From contig CM022679.1 in the NCBI GenBank assembly GCA_012295275.1, forward strand, positions 14,322,001-14,386,000: a stretch of 64,000 bases of DNA. The letters run 5' to 3'. Each line of letters opens with the position of its first letter. Position 1 is the first letter of the stretch. The position numbers were made by a program, and so were the translations under genes. Source of the stretch: Chrysomallon squamiferum (Eukaryota; Animalia; Mollusca). Positions 1 to 14,507 of the stretch are shown piece after piece. Below the pieces are notes generated by a model. That model saw only the letters and a list, made by a program, of their open reading frames with translations, searched no databases and had not been told where the DNA came from.

Positions 1-841
1 GATGTGTTATATATCTAATATTGCACAGGTTGATTAAACCCACACTGTGACATGCACTATATATGTATATGTCAGTGTGCTTTGTTATTACACACAGTTT
101 TCACAAGTTCTTGATCTCTGGTTAAACAAGTCTTTAGACAGGATCATGTGTTTAATTTTCCTGCCACTGTCTGAAACTTTCCAGTCATTTTGTGTAGGCA
201 AGTTTCATGTATGTTGGTTCACTGATGATAGCACCTTCTTTGTTCATAGATACAGTTATTGATACAGTTCAGCACTGGTGATTTACATAACATTCATTAA
301 ACCCGCTTTCATCTTTATATATCAGTCAAAGTAATGTAAAATGATAACAAATAAATACATTTAAAAACGAAGAAGAAAAAGAAAAGAAAAACAAAAAGAA
401 TCTTAACATTTGCAAAATTGCCAAATTTTGAATTAAGTGTCTAATATGTAAGACTAACTCATAATTGTATAATTAATAGTTACAGGAAAATAATAATAAT
501 TTTGACACACACATGTACATAATTTAAATATTTGTTAACAATTCAGTAACAGTTAAATTATTAAATTTAAAAAAAAAATGATAAGGATTTTAAATTTTAA
601 TAATATTTTAGTAATATTTAAATACATTTTTTCAAAAAAAAAAAAAAAGACTCGTTTACATTGACATTTTATTTTTTTTATATTTTTGCTCACAAAATGA
701 TTTTGGGTTAGCTAAACATGAATTTTATTTTAAATCAAATATTAAAAAAAACAACAAATGTTTTGAACCATTTAGAAATTTAATCTCACCATTGTGGTGA
801 CAAAATTTCAGATCTCATTCCTTGTGAAACATTTTTTCCAG

Positions 842-889
842 ACATACTCGGAATAAACCAACTCATTGACTCCATATTTGAGGATGCAG
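842..889 (+). CDS. Probable SORBS cassette exon, 48 nt, phase 1-1 (xILGINQLIDSIFEDA)
   Basis: ttttttccag acceptor, CAG|gtgctt donor, open frame, phase matches the next exon; TGCATG at 921. Confidence 0.55.
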
Positions 890-3800
890 GTGCTTATACT
901 GTTATACATTGTTCTAACACTGCATGATACAGTAGATGTGTGCACGTCACACTAATTGTCCTCACAGACTGAGTCTTTAATGTATACAAAACACGTCAAA
1001 GACTGAGTCACTGAAATCTTAATTTTTATTTTTATTTTTTTTAATTTTTGGTCCTTTTGTTATTATTGCTATTATTATTTAGTTTTTGTTTTTATTAAGA
1101 TTTTATTTTATTTATTTTTTTTTTCATTTTATTGGAACTAAATAATAATAATAAAAAAAGTAGTAATGATTAAATATTCATTTTTAATCAAATTAAATTT
1201 TGATTAAATTTAAAACGCAAAAGAAAGAAATGAAAACCAAACCAAATATTTCACATAAAGGATTTAATAATAAGCTTAAAAATAAATTATCAGTATTATT
1301 TTCTGAAATTATTTAAAAAAAAAAAAAAAAAAAAAAATAATATTTAAAAAAAAAAAACATAACCCTCCAAAAAAACAAAAACAAAACAAAAAATAAAATC
1401 ATACATAATCATTAATCAGATTTTAAGAAACATAAAAAAAGTAATCATTGATAAATGCATTAATTTTTCATTTCAAAAAGTTTTTTTTTTTTTTTTTTCT
1501 TTCATTAATATATTTTGTACTGCATGATGTCTGTTGAATATATAATAAAATCACCGATTTTCCATTTCTGATTTTTTTCACTGTCAGACCCTTTTTTCCA
1601 TTCTACTGACATTTTGTCTACTTGTCATACAGAGTAATTTATTTTAAAATGTTTCCCATCCTTCTTCCTTTCATCATTTAGAGAAATAATTTATACTTTT
1701 TTACCTTTTTTCTCTTTTTTTATAGAGATTTCATGTTCAGACATTTGCATTAACCCATTTTTAAAAATGTTTACCATCTGTCTTCCTTTTGTCATGTAGA
1801 TACATTTGTATGAACTTGTTATATATAGAGAAGAGTTATTAAAGTTATTTAAAAACACATTGTTAAATAAAACATTTCTTTCTTTCATTCTGTGAACTCA
1901 ATTTATTATCATTATCATTATTCAGAGAAATTTCTGTTTTAATTCACATACATTATGAAATTTAGACATTCATATTAATATTACTCTTAATCGTATGTAA
2001 TATTCATTACATTTGATCATTTACAATTTATAAACTCCTTGCAGTCTCATTATCATTATTTCAGATGTAGGCACATTATTACATAATCATCATAGATAAA
2101 AAGAACATTATATTTTTGAAATATTAATTCACGTAATATATTTATAAGTTTATTTTTCATTGAAATATCCTACCATTAAAAAACCTTCAGAGAGTAACAA
2201 TAATAAATAATTTAAAAGGAGCTACTTTGCCAGTTAATAAAACATTCCATCAACAGTGTATTGATCGTAATACAACATTGCAGACAAACAAAATGGAAGT
2301 TATGTTGGTAAACATGATATACAGTATTATCTTCCCTGCATGTATGTAAAAATAAAGCTGAGAATGCTGCCTTTTATATTCAGTTTAAGTAAATGTTTTT
2401 CATTATTATTTTTAATTAATTTATTAATTAATGCTTGCATTGCATCATTCATAAAGGCTATAAGACACCAGTATAAAAGTTAATACTTTCTGAGCACATC
2501 TGTTGTTGTCTTTTTCAAATATCTTTTGTGTTTGTTTGTTTAAATTTTGTTAAAATGTTTTGTTTAAAATTGCAAACTATTTTATTTGTTATTTCAATTG
2601 ATTTAGAATCATTTCACATTCAATTTAAGTTGTTGCTTTAATTTGTTATATTGTTTATAAACTGTTTTGTCATTTCTGTGAATCATTTATTCATTTATTT
2701 GTTCAGTTGTTATTGATTCATTTGTTATATAAGCAATAATTTTTTATTTTCATTTCAGCTTGCTCTTTATGTAAAATGTATTTTTTCATACTAAACATTT
2801 ATTTATTTAAACACCTTATTAATTAATTAATTATCATTATTATTTTATAGCTTGATGGTTTATATTTTAAGGAGAAATTGAAAACATTTAAAGATGTTTT
2901 AATTATTGGTTTCAATTTTAAAATTTCAAATGAGTAATTTCTCAGTTAATTTATTTATTAACATAGTTCTTTTTTAAACTCCAGATTAATGAAATTATAA
3001 ATTAAATTTTTGATGTTACTTATTAAGAGTTTGTTTTGATTAAACTTTGTAGAATAAAATATAATTCAATTTATTTAATTAGAACAATATTAAAAATACA
3101 AAAAAATAAATAAATAAATAAATAAATAAAACCAAAACAACAAAGAGAAGACAGTGTTGCATATTTAATTGAACAATTAATCAATCAGTATTCTTTTCAG
3201 AACAAATATTATTATTGTTTAAATTATATTTCAGTATATCTTTCTTCTCATATAGTTAAAAAAATCAACAAAATAAAAGGAACATTTATTTAAAATTAAT
3301 ATTTTTTATTCATACTTATAGCAAGCAATTTAATGTTTGATACAAAAACACTTTTAATATTTAATATTTTTAAAAATGTTACATTAGAACTTAACAAAAA
3401 AGTATTTTAAGAACATTTAGAAATATTGATTTCTTTCGCTCAAACTTAAAATAAACAATTTTAATAAATAAAATTTTAAAAACAATTACATATATTTTCT
3501 TTTGATCACACTTACTATAAAAAAAAGTTTTTAAAAATTTTAAAATCTTGCACAACAATTACAAATACAGTTTTCTTTTTTGATGATAAAACAATTATAA
3601 TATTTTAACATTTTTAAAAAAAAAAAAAAAAAAAAAAATGTTTTCTTTCATTCATACTTAAAATAAACAATTTTAATATTTAAATTTATTAAAACATTTA
3701 TCCAAACAATCACAAATCATAATTTTTTCTTTCTTTCATGCACACAGTAAAAGATTTGGGTAAGGTTGTCAGTAGAAAAGTGACTTACCATCTAGGAATG

Positions 3801-4116
3801 TGGCTTACATTAATTACTCAGAATACCACAAATAATTACATGTATCAGTTAATGTAGCTTTATTTATTTACCACCAGCTTGTATTTATTATGTATACTTA
3901 TATTTGTTTAACATGTTACAGTAGCATGTCTATGTGTATTCTGTTTAAATAATTTTGTTATTATTAATTGTCTGATTATTTAAAAATATATTTATGTTGA
4001 CTGTTTATAAAATAACTGAGAATGGGGTGTGAATGCAGATTCAAAAAAATGTAATATATGTAACAGTTAATTGTTTTGTGTGATTTGAGCTTTATTTAAT
4101 TGTTTATGAATGTAAA

Positions 4117-4147
<31 letters not shown>

Positions 4148-4867
4148 GTAATTCTAATATTTATAATAATAAAAATAACAACAGCAACAATAATAATAAT
4201 TCTAACACTGTAAAATTATAAATTTAGCTACATTAAAATATTATTTATAACTGACCCACAATTTTTAAAACAACAAAATTAAAAAAAAAAAGTTAAGAAA
4301 AAATTACCTTAATACTAAAATATATTTTTGAATAACAGTAATTTAAAACTGAAAGAATTTAAATTTTATTAGTGTAATTTAATTTAATTATATATTAGAT
4401 AAAATTACAGTTTCAATTAAATTTTTCTTCTTTTTTAAAAATAAATGAAAGAAGCAATTAATGTTTAAAAAGATTTAATCACAAAATCTACAGTATTTTT
4501 GAACATCAAATTAGGATAATTACATTTTCTAAATTAATAATGAAAGTAATAAAATAAATAAATACATAAAATCAAATAATGTAACAAAAATAATTTTATA
4601 AAGAATGTAATAATAATAATAATAATAATAATAACAGTAACAGTAACAGTAATAACAACAACAATAATATCATCATCAACAGTAGCAAGAGCAGCATCAC
4701 CATCAACAACAACAACAACAACAACAAAGGAATAAAAATATATCTATATTAATATCATGTTCTTTATATAGTGTTAATTATGAGTATGTCAAAGTTCAAT
4801 CATTACGGAACTGTTAGCTACAGAACCTAGAACAGCTCTCAATAGTTATGGACGTTGTTCCTTTCAG

Positions 4868-4933
4868 ACGAGAACACATACCAACCTACCTACGTGTTCC
4901 CTGACGACATCTCAGACACTAGGTCTGAGGAAG
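4868..4933 (+). CDS. SORBS exon, 66 nt, phase 1-1 (DENTYQPTYVFPDDISDTRSEE)
   Basis: ttcctttcag acceptor, AAG|gtaggg donor, GC-richer open frame inside ORF 4855..5118. Confidence 0.8.
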
Positions 4934-5271
4934 GTAGGGGAGACAACTTCTGTAGACCTGTAGAACTCTTCATTCCAAGGAGTCTTTATATTCGTAACCT
5001 GCATCATGGCAGCATGAACTATTTAACCAAGTTATTTACTCAATCAAAAAAAAAAAATTCAGCTTTAATTTTTATTTATTTATTAATTAATTTTAATCTT
5101 TTCTTTTATTTAAAATGAAATAAAATAAATTAAATTTAAAAAAATAATAATACCTTTTTTTTGCATGGTTTAAATAAAAATTGCCTATTTTCAATTAATT
5201 TTTTATCTCTCTTTTTTTTATATTTAAAAGCAAGCATGATGACAATATGTTTCAGAGAATGTATCAGGGGC

Positions 5272-5307
<36 letters not shown>

Positions 5308-6152
5308 CTCCACGAATGGGTTAATTTTGCACAGCATTCTGTAAAGTCTTGATACTTTCAACATGTGCATGGAATTCTTTACCCATTTCCTGAATGAACT
5401 CAAATCTAGGGGTTAAAACTGTAATCTGATATTTGAAATTTATTAATTTATATTTTAAGGCTGGTTATGACAAACATCTAAGGTTATGTTGAAATTTCTC
5501 ACTGTTAATGACATAGATTATCTCCTGTTAGGTTATTACTGGAGCTGTCTCATGGTTTATATGGTGAAAGTAATTGATGATAGAAAATTAAAATTGTAAA
5601 ATTTTATAATAATAATAATAAAAAAATAATAATAAATGAAAAAAATTAACTGAATATATCTGTATAAGAAATTTAGACCAATTTGGTTTTATTGAAATTT
5701 GAAATGTTTTTAGTGGTAGTAAATTATAAATAATTTTGATCAGTTTAATCTTTTATTGGATAATGATGTTTAATAATGGAAAACTTTATTTTGTTTAATT
5801 TATTATTCTTTGTTCTGTTTATATATATAGACAATTTCTTATTGAATAATTTAGCTAACAATAAACTCTTCATCTTTTGCATTTTAATTTTGTTTTTAAA
5901 TTTAATTTATACTTCATTTCTTCTGTTAATTGCTTGTGTCGTAAGTTCTTATTTTCAGTTATTATTTGCTTGATGACATATTTACTTTTCACCTTACATT
6001 TATTTTCTTTCATTAGATATACATAGAAAATGTATATTGGAAATCTTCTGTTATTTATTTAAATTTTAAATTATTTAGATAGGAAATGTCTGTAAATTTG
6101 AATTAATATTATTTTATATATTATCTTAAAGTAATGTTTATTTGAGTCTGTA

Positions 6153-6155
<3 letters not shown>

Positions 6156-6242
<87 letters not shown>

Positions 6243-6265
6243 TGTGTGTGTGTGTGTGTGTGTGT
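6156..6265. repeat. (GA)n followed by (TG)n microsatellite
   Basis: Directly visible. Confidence 0.95.
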
Positions 6266-7153
6266 ATCTTTCTTTGGAAGGATGTGATATCAATATTTTA
6301 TCTTATTTTCCATTGCATTTTATTATTTTTATCTTTATTTCATTTTAATTTTTAGTCTCATTATTACTTTTATTTCTGTACTTATTTATATTAAATTATT
6401 ATTTCTTTTTTATTATTTCATCTTATTTTCTAGATGTGATTTGTGTGCTGCACAATGTAGGAATAGAACAATTATTTTATCTTTTCACACGTGCTACATA
6501 AATTATGTTAATTACGTATATTTCCTTTAAAGTCTTTTACATTATTATCAATTCTAGATTAGAAACTGTTTGTTTTTAAAAAATTGCAAAGTATTGCAGG
6601 GTATTGTTGAAAAAGATCAGTTTTTGTAATATCTTTTTTTTTTTAATTTAAAAATTGTTTTAATACACGTAATTCTAATTAAGAATACATACTAATGAAA
6701 TAGTGATATAATTGTTTAGACTGTCATTAGAACAGCAAATTAATGATAACAGTACAGAATAGAGTTATTTCAATACAGATTAATTTCTTTTACAATATAG
6801 GAATCTATAACAATTATTATTTTAAAATATGTTTATAAATTATCTAGAACTTAGAAATTATTTAATGAAATTGTTTTGTTTTGTTTTAATATTTTAGATA
6901 TTTATCATAAATGATTATATTACTTCATTTATTTACTGATTAATTTTATTAATTTATTTATTTATACAGTTTTACATTTTTTTTTCACAATTTCTGTTTG
7001 GTTCAGTTATTTATTCAGATGTGATAATCGACATATGCAACACTTTGTAATGCTATAACAATGATAGATAACCTTTAAAACAAAAACAAAGGTATTCTGT
7101 TATTAGATATAAACCATGAAAACAGTATTATTATTTTTTATTATTATTTTCAG

Positions 7154-7186
7154 ATCGTAATTATGGTAAAACATCAAACTTGCAGG
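7154..7186 (+). CDS. Candidate microexon with two in-frame donors (12 nt DRNY or 33 nt DRNYGKTSNLQ), phase 1-1
   Basis: tattattttcag acceptor. Donors ATG|gtaaaa after 7165 and AGG|gtaact after 7186 both keep frame between the flanking phase-1 exons. Confidence 0.4.
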
Positions 7187-7676
7187 GTAACTATATTTCT
7201 GCCATAATAATAGAATATTTTTAGCTGTCGCTAACTTCAACATTACTTCTTCTGTTGTTGTTTGTTGATTTTCAAAATTATTCTTAAAGCCATTTTATTG
7301 TTTCTGTTCAGAAGAGATTTATAAATGATAGATGAGATACTTGTTTGAACAGTCTTTTTTAAAATTAATTACAGATGTATTTGTGTTTCTTTATGTCATC
7401 ACTTAAGTATTGTAACCATGTGAATCAGTTATTTACTGAACTCCATGTATCATTACTTTGTTGAATATTAAATTCATTCTTCATGTCTGTGTTCATTAAA
7501 TGATGCTGTTGCATCAATACTGATGTTTAAAAATTATCAAAAAGTGACTTAGACATTTCTCTGTTTATGTATTAATACAGACGTACATATACAATACAAC
7601 ATATTCACTTTAATAAATTAAAAATAATTTAAACCTTAAATATCAGTAGTTATTGAAAACTCTTTTTCTCTTTGTT

Positions 7677-7750
7677 TCTCTCTCTCTCTCTTGCTCTCAT
7701 TCTTTCTCTCTCTGTCTGTCTCTCTTTATCTCTCTTTCTCTCTCTGTCTA

Positions 7751-7805
<55 letters not shown>

Positions 7806-7810
7806 CTCTC
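7677..7810. repeat. (CT)n microsatellite
   Basis: Directly visible, about 100 nt upstream of the exon at 7915. Confidence 0.95.
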
Positions 7811-7914
7811 TATTATATATATTTATATATATGATGGTAAAAGGGTCTGTGTACACTATGTATTTATTACACACATGACTGTGTATTAATGTAATTAAAA
7901 TAATTATTTCACAG

Positions 7915-8017
7915 ATGATTCTGGCTACAGATCGGAGCCAGAAGGAAAGTTCAAGAATCTGTACAAAGGCCGAAACCGCAGCATCTCTGAGGTGGAGAAG
8001 AAGGAGCCCAGGAGACA
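7915..8017 (+). CDS. SORBS exon, 103 nt, phase 1-2 (DDSGYRSEPEGKFKNLYKGRNRSISEVEKKEPRR)
   Basis: atttcacag acceptor, ACA|gtaagt donor; the GYxSEP motif resembles invertebrate CAP as I recall it. Confidence 0.88.
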
Positions 8018-9834
8018 GTAAGTTATCATTTCTTGTTACCATGGCAACAACATCTCCTGTTTATTCCCTTTACAGCTGAAACCTAACCCTGTAATTAGTT
8101 TATATATATATATTTTATATTTATTTTTTTTATGTTTGAGGGGGCATGTGGAAAATATGTTGAAATGTGGATGTATAAAAAGTATTTTATGAGTCCAATT
8201 GATACCGGTTAATGATTTATGTGTATCTCCATTTTTGAAGCATTTTCCTATTTCATTCATTGATCACAAAGTCAAATATTAATTTAATAAGAAAAATTGC
8301 TCCTTTCAGTATATTGCTTGTAATTTCATTACACCTATAATTTTCACACTTAGATAAGTAGTATAGTATGGGTTATTTTACAAGAAAATTACTGGCAGAC
8401 AGTTACGGCAAACCAATTATCTCCCCTTACCATCAACTTCTGAAATAGTTTTAGATTATAAATTTATATGAAAATAAATACAAACATTTGTTTTGGCATA
8501 TAATATAGATTTTTATCATGTATGTTATAAAAAAAAATGTTTACATAAAATTTATACAGAATGTGTTTTCAATAAATAAGAATTTTTGAACAAATAAATA
8601 TATGGAAGTAATTATACAATAAAACAAATGTTATCAGAAGATGTATACTTTTATAATTTCAAAAATTTTAAAAATTATTTTTACACAAATGAATTTCTGA
8701 TTAAACAAGTGTAATTAAAACAGTTATTAAGAATTAAATATTTAAAAAGCTCACATCTTTTAAATGTAAAACAAAATATATCTAAATAATCTTCAAAAGG
8801 AAAAAAATATAGCTAACTTGTTTTGTTTTTCAATATTTCCCCTCTTTTTCTTATGTATTAGAAATAATATTTATCAATTCATTATAAGTTAATTATAGAT
8901 TTTACATCCAGACATCTCAGAAAATGGTTTTTGATACAAGGTTTTTCAATAAATCTACATAATACTTTAGTTGTCAAAGAACCATTAGCCAATAATCTGA
9001 TCATTTTCAGATATTGATTGGCACTGATTTCTATAGATATTCAGTTTGTCAGATCAGGTTGCATCAACCTGCAAGTAATCATCATTTAGCTGAGAGTCAG
9101 CTTCAAAAATATTTTTATAAACAAATTTGAACTGAATTAATTGATGACACCATGGTCAATTATTCTTAATTTTCAGTTTAAAAATGTTTTTTTTTTTTTT
9201 TTTTTCTAGTCCATTCATAATTATTTCATTCATTACCAGTATCATTGATCATAATTTTTTAAACATCTTTAAGAGAATTTTGACTGAAATTAATTGAATC
9301 CAAGCAATCATGAAATTAAATAAATATGTCTTTCAAAATATATATATATTTTTTCGTAGTCCTTAATTATAATCATAATGTTTCAAAATCATGGCCAGTT
9401 TTTAAGGAATGGAGAGAGAAAAAAGGCTTAATTTAAAATTCTTGTTTTTAAAAACATTTTTCAATGAAATAATTAGATACTAAAGGCAAATTCTGTAAAT
9501 TCTGTATTTTAAATTTTTTTTTTTTTCTTAATTATAAACATAACTTCTCATAATCCTGGCCAATAAAAAGGGGGGTGGGGTGGAAATGCTTAATTCTAAA
9601 AATATTTTAAAATACATTTTTTCAGTGATATAAATTAACACCTAGGTAAAATGTTGTCATTTTTTGTATTTTAAAATATCTGATTATTTTAAAAATTATA
9701 TTCATAATTATGGCCAATTAATTATAATTGGGTAAAAAATTAAAATCATAAAATATGTTTTTCACTGAAATAAATTGACCTGCAGATGAAATTTCATCAG
9801 TTTCATATTTTATGTTTGTTCTTACTGCACTCAG

Positions 9835-9855
9835 CTCTGAGACCTCTCTGCTCAG
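9835..9855 (+). CDS. Microexon, 21 nt, phase 2-2 (HSETSLL)
   Basis: ttcttactgcactcag acceptor, CAG|gtatgt donor, frame-preserving between two phase-2 junctions. Confidence 0.65.
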
Positions 9856-9910
9856 GTATGTGTTAAAGGAAATCAATTTTCTTATGTAATTACCTGCCCA
9901 GTGTTCAGGT

Positions 9911-9931
9911 GTGAGGTCATAATGACCTCAC
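9911..9931. promoter_or_regulatory. Perfect palindrome containing AGGTCA-taa-TGACCT (IR3/ERE consensus)
   Basis: gtgaggtcat-a-atgacctcac has 10-bp perfect arms. Function is not demonstrated. Confidence 0.4.
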
Positions 9932-10025
9932 CTGTGCATTGTAGTTCAGGTAATATACTTTGATGAATCACATAATCATGTTGTGACGATTCAAAATAGA
10001 ATTTTCATTTTTCTTTTTATTTTTC

Positions 10026-10072
<47 letters not shown>

Positions 10073-10773
10073 ACATTTTCTATTATTATTCAAAAAAATC
10101 TTTTTATAGAACTTGTCTTGATGGATTTGCTATTTATATTTCTCTTTTTGAAAAATGTTTACCAGAATTAATTTTTTGACATATATATATACTATTACTT
10201 TATAAATAATCTTAGGGTATAGAAAAAATTATCTTAATGCATTTTTACATTGTAGTTTTTAAATTGATTAAAAAATTATTTCAATATTTAACTTCCATCT
10301 TGATTATATATCTACTTTTCTTTCATCAGTTTATGCATGTTGTATTTTTCTATTGTTTTACTGTGGTCATTCAAGCTATAGTTAATTGGTCTGTTGCTTT
10401 GTTTATTTCCAAAATAATTTTTTCTTTGGTCTTTTAAATTCTTAATTGTTTTCCTATCATTTCTTCAACAAAGCCAGCATTTCTGACTGGAAATATGATC
10501 CAACCGTCATAAAAATATTGGCTTATGCATAACTTTATTTATTTATATAAAAAACCAAAACTACAGCATTTTCAAATAATAATAATATTTAAAAAATGTA
10601 CTAAAATAAAGATAATGATAACATAATGCCCTAACAAAACTGCATTAAAAAGTCCTCTCGCACAAAAAAATAAATAAATAAAATAAAATAAAATTAGTAA
10701 AAGGCTTTTATTTTAGTTTTACTACTGTTTCAAAACACTAAACTGATGATAACATTTTTTTTTCTAATTAGTA

Positions 10774-10856
<83 letters not shown>

Positions 10857-10890
10857 CAACAACAACAATAAAAATAATAACAACAACAAC
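10774..10890. repeat. (AAT)n/(AAC)n microsatellite
   Basis: Directly visible. Confidence 0.95.
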
Positions 10891-11889
10891 AAAAATAATT
10901 ATTATAAAAAAATGTTTTTATATAAATTTTAATATTTTCTTTATTATCATTTAGCAGCCAGTATATACACACATGTGAATGAATAATTTGTTTTCATTTA
11001 AATTTTAATGCATCTTCTTCCACCCAGGAGCTGGCATGCATCTGTCCCTGCATTTAAATAAGCCATTTAATGATTTTTCTCTATTTTTAACCCTCATTCA
11101 GTAACATCCCACCTATTCAAAGCTGTAAACATCTCAAAATTTATACCACATTAAAATTATCTCAACATATTTTGTGCTGATAATCACACAGAACATAAAT
11201 CTTTTATCTAATTACTGTTCTAAGCTGAAGACAGGATAACCAACGTGGTTAATAAACATGTTTACTTGCTGTGTGCTGTGCAATAAATCAGTATATTACA
11301 ACAAAGAGACTTTATAAAAGTGTATGTCCATCTGTTGCTTCTTAAAAAAAAAAATAGGTCACACCCTTTTCTTCTGTTGTAAATCAAGATGGTGACTGAA
11401 ATTGGAAAACTAATGTTGATCTTGTCAGAATTTTTTGTTTAAATTATTTAAAGTGTTTGAATCTATATTTGTGTATGTGGGTTTGAAGATTTTATTTTCT
11501 TACACTGTTGCAGAACCCCTTAAAAAAAATCCCCCACAAAAAATCCTTTATTAAAATGCACTGACAAGCCAGTGAAATATTAATTCTTCCATTCTTTGTA
11601 ATCAAGTATTTTGTCTTCATTAGTTTTTTTATTTATTTATTTATTATTGTTTTAAATTTTCCCTTCTATGTAAAAACATTTCTCTTTGACTTGTATATCT
11701 TGAATCATTGCATTGTCATTCTCCTGTGTGTCACATTTGTATTGTTTGTTCAGGAAGTGTTTTCACAACAATACAAATCAAACACCACCTCTTCCTCTCA
11801 GTCAGTACTTACTGCTATTGTTATCATTAAAACTGTAAATGTAAAACTAAGTCTTAGACACCCAAGTCTCGTGTTGCCTTTCTGCTATA

Positions 11890-12430
11890 AACACAAGTAC
11901 AAAACTCTTTATTGATATATACTGTGTCAAATAAAGTTTCAAATACCAAGCTTCATGTTAATAATCAGTCATAAACACAACTAGAATATGTACATCTGTA
12001 AAATTAAAGCCTAAATTACAAATAATGTCAAGGATCTGTGATAAATACAAGTAGAAGTTCAGTCCTGTTTATGTTTAAAATAAAGGCCATAATACCAATC
12101 TTCATACTGATGATCAGTCAAAAACACAACCTGAATCTGTACATTTTTAAAAATAAAGCCAAATTTACAAAGCCTAATATATATTACTGATCAGTTACAG
12201 ACAGAACAAGAAACTTTATTCAAATATCTGTAAAATAATTACCACAGTAACAAGCTTCATACTAATAATCTATAATAAACTCAAGTAAAAACTAATACCT
12301 GTATCTGTGTACAATAAAGATTGAATTATTAAGCCTAATATTGTTAATGTGTAATAAACACAAGTAGAAACTAATATATTTATCTGTTTATTATCTATTT
12401 AAGCTGACTTTATCAAGCCTTGTGTTATTA
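11890..12430. repeat. Degenerate tandem repeat, about 60-75 bp unit (aaacacaagtagaa...atctgt...aataaag...ccaagc)
   Basis: Recurring diverged blocks seen by eye. Confidence 0.5.
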
Positions 12431-13911
12431 ATTTGTCACAAAAATCCCAGCTACATCACTTAATTCACCTGTTGAATGGTTTAACAAGACATCAACACAT
12501 GGTGATGTCAGTAGTTATTAGATGTCGGTTATCAGTTTTCTTTTACTGTTAGGAGAAAAAATATAAAAGAAGAGCAATAAATATTTTTATACAGATGCTT
12601 CCCCATAGACAGAATGTGTTAAGGGTTTTGCTAAGACATGATTTTCATGAGATATAGCATAAAAGAGGTATTGAAGAAAGACAGTCCTTTGATAAACCAA
12701 ATCTTTGATGTATACTCTAACCACTGAACTCTGTTAATGTTTTTACTGTATTTAGTGTCAGTGTACTGAACAGGCATGAGCATTACAACCAAAGACAGTA
12801 ATTTGTTAATTAGGGATTATAATGACAATAATTATAAATTAAATATTTTAATATTTCAGTTTAATCTGTGTGTATAGTTTAAAAAAAAAAAAAAAAAAAA
12901 ACACTCATCAGCATATTGCATGCAGATATTGTTTTATTTTTATATTTTATTATCAGCATGAAGGTGTATTTGTATTTTATCTTAGACTTAGAGAAGATAT
13001 ATTAAAGAAATAATTTATTTTAAGTATGTGGAATTTTTTTTTTTCCTGAGACATTTCCTTTTTCTTTTGATATTTATATCATGTTTTTAATATGATGGTT
13101 TTTAAAATGTGTTTAGCATGTGTATTTGATACAAGAGTTCATAATATGCTGTTTTTTTTATTTCATACACTGTATTTATTTCCTGTTTATCACATGGTAT
13201 AATATATTTTATTTTAAACATGATTCTTTTGTCATTAAAATATTTTAAAATTAGATTCTTCTATTTCTGATAACACACTTCATTATTACCAGAAATATAA
13301 CTTTTTAAATTGATATAGTTTCTTTCATTGTAAATAGAAGTATTTATTATTAATTAGAATTAATGTTTCAGTGATTGTAAGTTTAGCTGAAAGTTCCTGT
13401 AAATAACTGCAGTGTCATTTAAAGCAATTTAAACTTCAATTTTTTACCAGTTGCTGAAAATATTTTTGAATGTTATTTATAAGTTTCAGTCATTGCATTA
13501 ATATTTTGTTAATGAAGAAAAAAAATTATTGAAAAAATTGTTTCTCTATGCCGTCCAGAAGTTTTGTTTTTAAGACAAAGGAAATATATTTTAGTTTTAT
13601 TTTAATATTTCACTCTTTCTTTTACTTAAAATATGTTTCAGTATGAATAAGCTTAAATGTTCCCAAAATTTTATAATTTCAGTTACTGCATAATTATTTC
13701 AGTGTTAATGAAAGATTTAACATTTATATTACATTAAAAAAATTATGAAATATATTTCTAACCTAATATAAACAATCCAATTTTCATTAATGTCAATTCA
13801 TTTTTAGTCTTATTTAGAAACTGAATATTTGAAACCTAGAAATATATTTATTTATATTTTATATCTGATGGGTTTGAGTGATGAATACATGTTAAATGTT
13901 TGTGTTTTCAG

Positions 13912-14026
13912 CTACTGGAGCCCTGCTAATGCTAGAGCAACCATTGACATCTACAAAAACCAGCCAAGAAGTATTATGGATTACGAACCTGGGTTTTCAT
14001 CCATTGCTCTCAGGGAAGCAAAAACT
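13912..14026 (+). CDS. SORBS exon, 115 nt, phase 2-0 (YWSPANARATIDIYKNQPRSIMDYEPGFSSIALREAKT)
   Basis: gtgttttcag acceptor, ACT|gtaagt donor; matches the conserved SORBS/CAP P+SIx(D/E)YxPGxSS motif. Confidence 0.92.
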
Positions 14027-14469
14027 GTAAGTTTTAAATTCACTTTTGTTTTTTCTTTAGTTTATTTAATTTATTTTATTTTATCTTATAATTTTATTTT
14101 GTATATTTGTTTGTTTGTTTTATTTTATTTTGTTTTATTTTATTGTTTTTAGTTTTTTTTAATTTAATTTTTTTTTAATTTTATCTTTTATTTATTTTTT
14201 TAATTTATTTTATTTAATTTAATTTAATTTAATTTAATTTTTTTAATTTTGTTTTATTTTGTTTCAGTTTATTTAATTTTATTTGCATTTATTTTGTTAT
14301 TGATTATTTTATTAATGTTTTATTTTTAAAATTTTAATTTAATTTTTAAATTTATTTAATTTTAAATGTATAACACTACAGCCAAATTAATAGGCATTAT
14401 TTATCTGCTCCCTTTGACTATTTTTAATTCAAAAAAAAAAATTATTTATTTTATTTTTGCCAAAAAAAT

Positions 14470-14507
<38 letters not shown>

